From: an uncultured Bacteroidales bacterium | Lineage (GTDB): Bacteria; Bacteroidota; Bacteroidia; Bacteroidales; VadinHA17 | Length of the DNA: 64,000 bases | NCBI GenBank assembly: GCA_963732435.1 | Contig: CAVSZL010000013.1 | Location: forward strand, 129,605-193,604 | Reading direction: 5' to 3' | Shown here: piece after piece, positions 57,445 through 64,000 of the stretch | How positions within the stretch are numbered: position 1 is the first letter of the stretch | Layout of the letters: every line of letters begins with the position of its first letter | Notes under the pieces: generated by a model | Databases searched by the model: none | The model's input: the letters and a program-made list of their open reading frames with translations, nothing else | Told to the model about the DNA's origin: nothing | Translations under genes and position numbers: made by a program

Positions 57445-59118
57445 ATGAAGAAACTTAAACCTGCACTGGGAATCGGTATTGCGGCTTTGGTAACAATTCA
57501 GTCAACCGGTCAGCAACCCGTAAAGAAACCAAATATTATCTGGATCTCTACTGAAGATATGAGTCCCCATCTTGGTTGTTACGGCGATGCGGTTGCCAAA
57601 ACCCCGAATATCGACAAACTGGCATCAGAGGGAATTCGTTTTACAAATGTGTTCACAACTGCTGCAATAAGTGCTCCTGTAAGATCTGGCATTATTACAG
57701 GGATGTACCAGACCACAATAGGGTGCATGCATATGAGAACCACCTCTTACAGACGCAGTGCGGAAAATCCAGTTGAATTTACTGCCGTCCCTCCGCACTA
57801 TGTTAAAGCATTCACAGAGTATATGAGGACTGCAGGTTACTACTGTACCAATAATAATAAAACTGATTACCAGTTTGCCAAAGATCCTGTTCCTGCAAGT
57901 ATATGGGATGAATGCAGTAGAAATGCTCATTATAAAAACCGGCCGGATAAAAACCAGCCATTCTTTGCAGTATTTAACTGGACAGGCACACACGAAAGCC
58001 AGAACTGGGATCTCAGTAAAATTAAAACAGATCCGAAATTAGTTAAAGTACCTCCATATTACCCCGATAATGAATTGATAAGAAGGAATATAGCCAAAAT
58101 GTATGATAATATCGCGAGGCTTGATTCAGTAGTTGGTGCGTTAATATCAGAACTTAAAAAAGAGGGTGAACTTGATAATACAATTATATTCTTCTGGGGC
58201 GACCATGGAGATGGATTGCCAAGAAGTAAAAGATGGTTATATGATTCCGGACTTAATATTCCACTAATTATTAAATATCCCGGTTCAGCAAAAGCATCGG
58301 TCGATAACAGGCTGATCAGTTCAATCGATTTTGGGCCGACTGTTCTTTCCCTTGCAGGTGTTCCTGTTCCGGCACATATGCAGGGTATTCCGTTTCTGGG
58401 CGACCAGCAGGGAGAACCGAGAGATGCAGTCTATGCTGCCCGTGACAGGGTGGATGAATCTTACGATATGATCCGGTCAGTACGGACGAAAGACTACCTC
58501 TACATACATAATTATTATCCAAACGAACCATTCTCAATCTGGGTACCATATCTGAGTAAGATGCCAATTTACATGGAGATGTTGCGTCTTGATGCTGAAG
58601 GTAAACTCACTGGTAATCAAAAAAGCTGGATGTCCTATTCACGGCCTCCTGAAGAATTATATGATGTCAAAGCTGACCCGTATCAATTGAAAAATCTTGT
58701 TAATGATCCTGCACTAAAAACTGTTTTGGCAGATCTTAGAAAACGTCACAAGGTATGGACACTGGAAACAGGTGACCTTGGGCATATGAACGAACCTGAA
58801 ATGATTGAGCAGATGTGGCCGGGCGGAAAACAGCCGGTGACTGATATTCCTTATTTTATAGTTAATAGCCCAGAAGATCGGGCATCAAAGAACTACAGGG
58901 CAGGAGGTACCTTCTCCGCTCCAATGACCCTAAGCTTCTATTGCCCTACACATGGAGCATCTGTTGTCTATACTTTTGATGATGATAAGACTCCCCGCTG
59001 GTTACTCTACAATGGTCCTATTCTTCTTAAACCCGGAAAGTACAATATTCGTGTCAAAGCAATACGATATGGATATAAGGAGAGTGAAGTACTGAATGGT
59101 ACTTTTGATATAGTCTGA
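57445..59118 (+). CDS. S1 sulfatase, Ser-type, with C-terminal Fn3/CHB_HEX_C-like module
   Basis: NIIWISTEDMSPHLGCYG. SAPVRSGIITG. C-terminal VVYTFDDDKTP..YNGPILL..GKYNIRVKA. Confidence 0.9.
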   Translation: MKKLKPALGIGIAALVTIQSTGQQPVKKPNIIWISTEDMSPHLGCYGDAVAKTPNIDKLASEGIRFTNVFTTAAISAPVRSGIITGMYQTTIGCMHMRTTSYRRSAENPVEFTAVPPHYVKAFTEYMRTAGYYCTNNNKTDYQFAKDPVPASIWDECSRNAHYKNRPDKNQPFFAVFNWTGTHESQNWDLSKIKTDPKLVKVPPYYPDNELIRRNIAKMYDNIARLDSVVGALISELKKEGELDNTIIFFWGDHGDGLPRSKRWLYDSGLNIPLIIKYPGSAKASVDNRLISSIDFGPTVLSLAGVPVPAHMQGIPFLGDQQGEPRDAVYAARDRVDESYDMIRSVRTKDYLYIHNYYPNEPFSIWVPYLSKMPIYMEMLRLDAEGKLTGNQKSWMSYSRPPEELYDVKADPYQLKNLVNDPALKTVLADLRKRHKVWTLETGDLGHMNEPEMIEQMWPGGKQPVTDIPYFIVNSPEDRASKNYRAGGTFSAPMTLSFYCPTHGASVVYTFDDDKTPRWLLYNGPILLKPGKYNIRVKAIRYGYKESEVLNGTFDIV

Positions 59119-59199
59119 CGGATAATATTTCTTACTTTAAACTAAATGATTTTTTTTTCGTTGCCATCTGACAGGATTATATCATTGAAGAAAAAAACA

Positions 59200-61506
59200 A
59201 TGTCTGCTTCAAGATTCCTTTCCCTTGAGCAGGCAAAAATAATAACCAGAGTATACCAGCAAAACACGACTCTTCCTGTTATAAAAAAGCGATCACTGGC
59301 TCTTTCAAAGGCACTTCATGAAATGCCAATAGCAATTGATCCTGAGGAGCTTATTGTTGGTAACAGAACACCAGACATAAGAGCAGGTGTTGTATTCCCT
59401 GAAGCAGGAATATCCTGGTTAAAAGAAGAAATTGAACTATTGCCAACACGACCACAGGATTCTTTCAATGTGCGAAGGGATGATATTTTATGTTTCAGGG
59501 AGCTCATTGAACCATACTGGCAAGGGAAATCAATGGAAGAAAACATTTATGGCAATTACGGAAAAGAAATTAAAGATATCGGGAAAGTTGTCAAGATTAA
59601 TCAGAAGGATCATGCTCAAGGTCATATTTGCCCGCAGGTAAAAGATTGGCTGAAATACGGACCTGCAGGTCTTGTAGAAATTTCAAAGAATAAACTTCAG
59701 AATGCGTCAGGTGACCAGAGGGATTTCTATGAAAGTGTCATAGATACACTTAATGCTTCCTCTACATTCATCTCAAGATATGCTGAAAAGGCATATGAAA
59801 TCTCTGGATATCAGCAGGAAGAATCGTTAAGAAATAACTTATTGGATATTGCGAATGTTTGCAGAAATATTTCTTCTAATCCTCCTTCGACATTCAGGGA
59901 AGCTCTTCAGTCTGTTTGGTTTTTGTTTGTTATCCTTCACATGGAGTCAAATGCTTCATCCTTTTCTCCGGGGCGGATGGATCAGTATTTATATCCTTTT
60001 TATCTTTCTGACCTCAAATCAGGTTTAATTGATATTAGATCAGCACTGGAACTTATTGATGCAATATTCATAAAATTCAACCAGATAGTCTACCTGCGTA
60101 ATACACACAGTGCAGAGTTCTTTGCCGGATTTCCGATTGGATTCAATGTTACATTAGGAGGACAAAAAGAAAATGGCGATGATGCTGCGAATGAACTAAC
60201 TTATCTTTTCTTAAATGCCCAGGATCATGTCAGATTACCCCAGCCAAACCTGACAGCCAGGATTCACAAAGGTTCATCAGATGAATTTCTTAATGAATGC
60301 AGCCGGATTATTGGTCTCGGCACAGGAATGCCTCAGATAGTTAACGATGAGAGTATAATACCTTCATTAAATAAAGCAGGCATCAGTACTTCTGATAGTA
60401 TAGATTATGCACTTGTAGGATGTGTTGAATTAACCACACAGGGTAACTTTCTTGGTTGGAGTGATGCAGCTATGTTTAATCTGGTCAAAACCCTGGAATT
60501 GACACTGAATAATGGCATCTGCATGTTAAGTGATAAACAAATAGGATTAAATACAGGTTTTTTATATGATCATCCTGATTACAATTCACTTGAAGCAGCA
60601 TTCAGGAGACAGATCGATTTCTTTTTAGGAAAAATGATAACAGCATGCGAGGTTGTGGAAAAATACCATCAAACACATCTTCCATCTCCATTTTTATCAT
60701 CAGTTGTTGATACTTGTCTTATAAATGGCAAAGATGTTACTCAGGGTGGAGCAAAATATAACTTTTCAGGTATCCAGGCAATTCAGGTAGCTAATATTGC
60801 TGATAGCCTGGCTGTTCTCAAAAAATTGGTGTTTGAAGAAAAGACCATAGAGAAGAAAAAAATTCATCAGGCTCTAATCAATAATTTTAAGGATAATGAA
60901 CCTCTTAGACAATTATGTATTAACCATGTACCAAAATATGGAAATGACATTGCATGGGTTGACGAAATAGGATCTGAATGTATAAAATACTTTGCAGATA
61001 AGCTTGGCAAATACACAAATTTCAGAGGTGGACATTATCATATGGGACTCTATACAGTATCTGCTCATTTACCGATGGGTAAAAATGTTGGCGCTACACC
61101 CGATGGCAGATTTGCTGGATCTCCGCTTGCAGATGGCGGCTTGTCACCAATGTATGGTCGCGACAAGGAAGGACCTACTGCAGTGTTGAATTCAGTAAGC
61201 AGGATACCATCATTGCTTGCAAGTAACGGTACATTGCTTAATATGAAGTTTTTACCATCACTCTTTGAAAATGAAAGTGACAAAACTAAGTTTACTTCCC
61301 TCTTGAAGAGCTTTATTTCACTACCGATACATCATATTCAATTTAATGTACTATCTGACTCGGATTTAAAAAGGGCTAAAGCTCACCCCGAATCATACAG
61401 GGGCCTCACAATAAGAGTTGCTGGTTATACAGCTTTCTTTACTGAATTAAGTTCAGATCTGCAGGATGAAATTATTGAAAGGACAACACATGGGCAATCA
61501 ATATGA
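59200..61506 (+). CDS. Glycyl radical enzyme, PFL2/glycerol-dehydratase-like (1,2-eliminase class)
   Basis: Gly-radical loop RVAGYTAFFTEL..QDEIIERTTH. Cys loop YALVGCVELT (C-V-E as in CutC/GDH/HypD-type enzymes). N-terminus FLSLEQAKIITRVYQQ...DPEELIVGNRT. ATG at 59200 preferred over 59146. Confidence 0.85.
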   Translation: MSASRFLSLEQAKIITRVYQQNTTLPVIKKRSLALSKALHEMPIAIDPEELIVGNRTPDIRAGVVFPEAGISWLKEEIELLPTRPQDSFNVRRDDILCFRELIEPYWQGKSMEENIYGNYGKEIKDIGKVVKINQKDHAQGHICPQVKDWLKYGPAGLVEISKNKLQNASGDQRDFYESVIDTLNASSTFISRYAEKAYEISGYQQEESLRNNLLDIANVCRNISSNPPSTFREALQSVWFLFVILHMESNASSFSPGRMDQYLYPFYLSDLKSGLIDIRSALELIDAIFIKFNQIVYLRNTHSAEFFAGFPIGFNVTLGGQKENGDDAANELTYLFLNAQDHVRLPQPNLTARIHKGSSDEFLNECSRIIGLGTGMPQIVNDESIIPSLNKAGISTSDSIDYALVGCVELTTQGNFLGWSDAAMFNLVKTLELTLNNGICMLSDKQIGLNTGFLYDHPDYNSLEAAFRRQIDFFLGKMITACEVVEKYHQTHLPSPFLSSVVDTCLINGKDVTQGGAKYNFSGIQAIQVANIADSLAVLKKLVFEEKTIEKKKIHQALINNFKDNEPLRQLCINHVPKYGNDIAWVDEIGSECIKYFADKLGKYTNFRGGHYHMGLYTVSAHLPMGKNVGATPDGRFAGSPLADGGLSPMYGRDKEGPTAVLNSVSRIPSLLASNGTLLNMKFLPSLFENESDKTKFTSLLKSFISLPIHHIQFNVLSDSDLKRAKAHPESYRGLTIRVAGYTAFFTELSSDLQDEIIERTTHGQSI

Positions 61507-62335
61507 TATTGAAGGAGTTATCTTTAAGATAAAGCGTTTCTCGCTGCATGATGGTCCCGGTATTCGCACATCCGTTTTTCTTAAGGGTTGTCCTCTCAAC
61601 TGCATCTGGTGTCATAGTCCTGAAGGAATAAGTAATGAAATAACCATCTGGTATAATATTAATACTTGCATAAAATGTGGTCTGTGTGTTGATGCATGCC
61701 CCGAAAATGCTTTGTCTCTTATTGCAGAGGAATTGTCATACATTTCAATCAACCGTGAATACTGCAAGTTATCCGGACAATGTGTCGATATATGCCCTTC
61801 AAATGCCATGCAGTTCACCGGATATAAAATTAGTGTTCCGGAGATGTTAGTGGAAATTGAAAAGGATATTACTTATTATAAGGCTTCCGGAGGTGGGATT
61901 ACTCTTAGCGGTGGTGAGCCTCTGTACCAGCCTGAATTTTCAGCGGCATTACTCAAGGAATGCATGAAAAGAGATATCCACACAGCAATCGAAACCTCTT
62001 TGTTTTGTGAAAAAGATGTAGTAGAACATATTTCTGACTATGTCGATTTATTCATTGTAGACTTAAAAATTTTTAATAGCGATCAGCATAATATTTATAC
62101 CGGTAAGCACAATATGATAATTATAGAAAATTTTAAGTACATTGCATCAATCGGGAAGAACATAATTGTAAGAATACCTCTTGTTAATGATATTTCAGAT
62201 CATGAAGAAAACATAACAGCAATATCTGATTTTGTTAATGATACAAGGAAGGATATTACAATTGAAAAGATTAAGTTCAACCCGCTCGCCGGAAATAACT
62301 ACAGGAAATTAGACATGCCTTTTTTCCTTAAATGA
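61490..62335 (+). CDS. Glycyl-radical enzyme activating enzyme (radical SAM, with two extra ferredoxin-type clusters)
   Basis: HDGPGIRTSVFLKGCPLNCIWCHSPE (CX3CX2C). CIKCGLCVDACP and CKLSGQCVDICP inserts. LSGGEPL. Overlaps the GRE stop by 17 nt if the start is Met at 61490. Confidence 0.85.
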   Translation: MGNQYDIEGVIFKIKRFSLHDGPGIRTSVFLKGCPLNCIWCHSPEGISNEITIWYNINTCIKCGLCVDACPENALSLIAEELSYISINREYCKLSGQCVDICPSNAMQFTGYKISVPEMLVEIEKDITYYKASGGGITLSGGEPLYQPEFSAALLKECMKRDIHTAIETSLFCEKDVVEHISDYVDLFIVDLKIFNSDQHNIYTGKHNMIIIENFKYIASIGKNIIVRIPLVNDISDHEENITAISDFVNDTRKDITIEKIKFNPLAGNNYRKLDMPFFLK

Positions 62336-62404
62336 ACTTTTGCAGATATTTTATTCTATTTTGGCAAATATTACCACCTGACATAAAAATATAATACTCA
62401 ACTA

Positions 62405-63967
62405 ATGAAAACTAACCTAAGCATCCTTGCATCATTAGGATTTATTGCGGCAGCTCCGGCTGTTTATTCCCAGAATACTCAACAGCGCCCGAATATTATT
62501 TACATAATGAGTGATGACCACGCCTTTCAGGCCTTAAGCGCTTATGGTGGTCCACTGAAAGATCTTGCCCCGACACCCAATATAGACAGGATTGCCAGGG
62601 ATGGAATGCGGTTTGACCGCTGTCTGGTAACTAACTCAATATCGGGGCCATGCAGAGCTGTTATACTTACAGGCAAATACAGCCACCTTAATGGATTTAT
62701 AAAAAATGACGGACAGGCACCATTTGATGGATCCCAGCAGACTTTCCCAAAGTTGCTGCAGAAATCAGGATATAATACTGCAATGATCGGCAAGTGGCAT
62801 CTTGGATCTAATCCAACTGGTTTTAATCACTGGGAAATATTACCCGGGCAGGGAAATTACTATAATCCCGATTTTATTACTAAAGATGGAACACATACTG
62901 ATACCGGTTATGTAACTGAACTCATAACCGACAAATCCATTAAGTGGATTTCTGAAGTAAAAGCTTCTGGAAAACCATTTATGCTCATGATGCATCATAA
63001 AGCCCCGCACAGGGAATGGCAGCCTGGCCCGAACGAATTATCATTATATAAAGATGTCACATTTCCTGAACCATCTAGCTTGTTTGATGACTATTCAAAC
63101 AGGGGAACTGCTGAGAAAACCCAGGATATGACAATTTCTGAAACTATGAGGCTTGAAGAGGATCTGAAGTTGTTCAGAAACAGGTCAAACGTGAAAACAA
63201 CCGGCATTAACCGTATGAATCCGGAACAGGCCAAAGCATGGGATAATGTTTATGAACCAATAATCAAATACTTTTACGAATCTGACCTCAAAGGAAAAGA
63301 GCTTATTAGTTTTAAATATCAGCGATATCTTCAGGATTACCTTGCATGCATAGCAGCTGTTGATAAAAGCGTGGGGGAGGTCCTTGATTACATTAAGGAA
63401 AACGGACTTGATAAGAACACAATTGTTGTTTATGCATCAGATCAGGGGTTTTATCTCGGAGAACATGGATGGTTTGATAAAAGATGGATGTTTGAAGAAT
63501 CATATCGCACCCCGTTGCTGATACAGTGGCCCGGAACTATTGAACCCGGCAGTGTAAATAAAGATATGGTTTCCAATTTAGATTTTGCTGAAACATTTCT
63601 GGAAATAGCCGGAGTAAAAGTACCTTCAGATATGCAGGGAAGGAGTATGGTTCCGGTTTTGAAAGGTAAAACTCCCGGCAACTGGAGAAAGGAACATTAT
63701 TACCATTATTACGAGTACCCCGGACCGCATATGGTGAAACGCCATTATGGAATAAGTACTGACAGGTATAAACTTATCCATTATTATTATGATATTGATG
63801 AATGGGCCCTGTACGATCTGAAAACTGATCCTCAGGAAATGAAGAATGTTTACAACGATCCGGCATATAATTCTGTAAAGACAGATCTTCATAAACGGCT
63901 TAATAACCTGATGGTTAAATATAAAGACAGTGAAAAACTGGCAAAATCACTCCTTCCAAAGAGCTAA
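62405..63967 (+). CDS. S1 sulfatase, Ser-type
   Basis: [30 protein letters not shown]. Signal peptide ending AVYSQ. Confidence 0.9.
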   Translation: MKTNLSILASLGFIAAAPAVYSQNTQQRPNIIYIMSDDHAFQALSAYGGPLKDLAPTPNIDRIARDGMRFDRCLVTNSISGPCRAVILTGKYSHLNGFIKNDGQAPFDGSQQTFPKLLQKSGYNTAMIGKWHLGSNPTGFNHWEILPGQGNYYNPDFITKDGTHTDTGYVTELITDKSIKWISEVKASGKPFMLMMHHKAPHREWQPGPNELSLYKDVTFPEPSSLFDDYSNRGTAEKTQDMTISETMRLEEDLKLFRNRSNVKTTGINRMNPEQAKAWDNVYEPIIKYFYESDLKGKELISFKYQRYLQDYLACIAAVDKSVGEVLDYIKENGLDKNTIVVYASDQGFYLGEHGWFDKRWMFEESYRTPLLIQWPGTIEPGSVNKDMVSNLDFAETFLEIAGVKVPSDMQGRSMVPVLKGKTPGNWRKEHYYHYYEYPGPHMVKRHYGISTDRYKLIHYYYDIDEWALYDLKTDPQEMKNVYNDPAYNSVKTDLHKRLNNLMVKYKDSEKLAKSLLPKS

Positions 63968-64000
63968 CAGATTCAAGGGGTTATTGAAGTTGGGATAAAA

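Noticed and set aside
61490-62335. Possibility that the radical SAM gene is the missing anaerobic sulfatase-maturating enzyme.
   Set aside because: At about 281 aa it is too short. It has the PflA-type DGPGIR..GC...C..CHSPE N-terminus and the ferredoxin insert typical of GRE activases. It lacks a C-terminal SPASM domain and overlaps the GRE gene.
1-64000. Scan for tRNA/rRNA genes, CRISPR arrays, transposases or integrases, and known defence-system genes.
   Set aside because: I recognised no T-loop or anticodon-arm patterns, regularly spaced direct repeats, DDE or tyrosine-recombinase motifs, or nuclease/ATPase defence signatures. The absence is based on visual inspection only.

Overview
AT-rich, Bacteroidota-like chromosomal segment. 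Its content suggests an anaerobe: all sulfatases are Ser-type, there is a glycyl-radical enzyme, and there are many Fe-S proteins. I read three blocks. (i) 1-27.5 kb, + strand: a glycan-degradation island. It holds three GH2 genes, a GH43, two paralogs of an uncharacterised GH-like family flanking a DUF1080 gene, a clan GH-A/GH42-like lipoprotein and a sulfatase fused to a GH78 alpha-L-rhamnosidase, followed by rhaT-rhaM-rhaA-rhaB. This points to a sulfated, rhamnose-containing glycan (ulvan or rhamnan-sulfate type). No SusC/SusD pair, regulator or anSME maturase lies in the window. (ii) 27.5-49.2 kb, - strand: an uninterrupted, tightly spaced 16-gene array. It contains seven paralogous PQQ-like beta-propellers and one NHL propeller. 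These surround a NuoE/HndB/NuoF fusion, a 2Fe-2S/4Fe-4S protein, a NapH-like membrane polyferredoxin, a Tat-exported NapG-like ferredoxin and an untracked 54-aa Cys-rich ORF. The array ends with a GT4 glycosyltransferase and a MacB/FtsX-type ABC transporter. I cannot assign it to a described system, and it is my best candidate for something new. (iii) 49.5-64 kb, + strand: asnB, five tandem S1 sulfatases, a glycyl-radical enzyme of the 1,2-eliminase type with its activase, and one more sulfatase. Four genes are broken by apparent single-nucleotide frame disruptions. A two-box motif (GTAGTGGTA-N15-GTCTWA) recurs upstream of three GH transcription units. I saw no rRNA, tRNA, CRISPR array or transposase.
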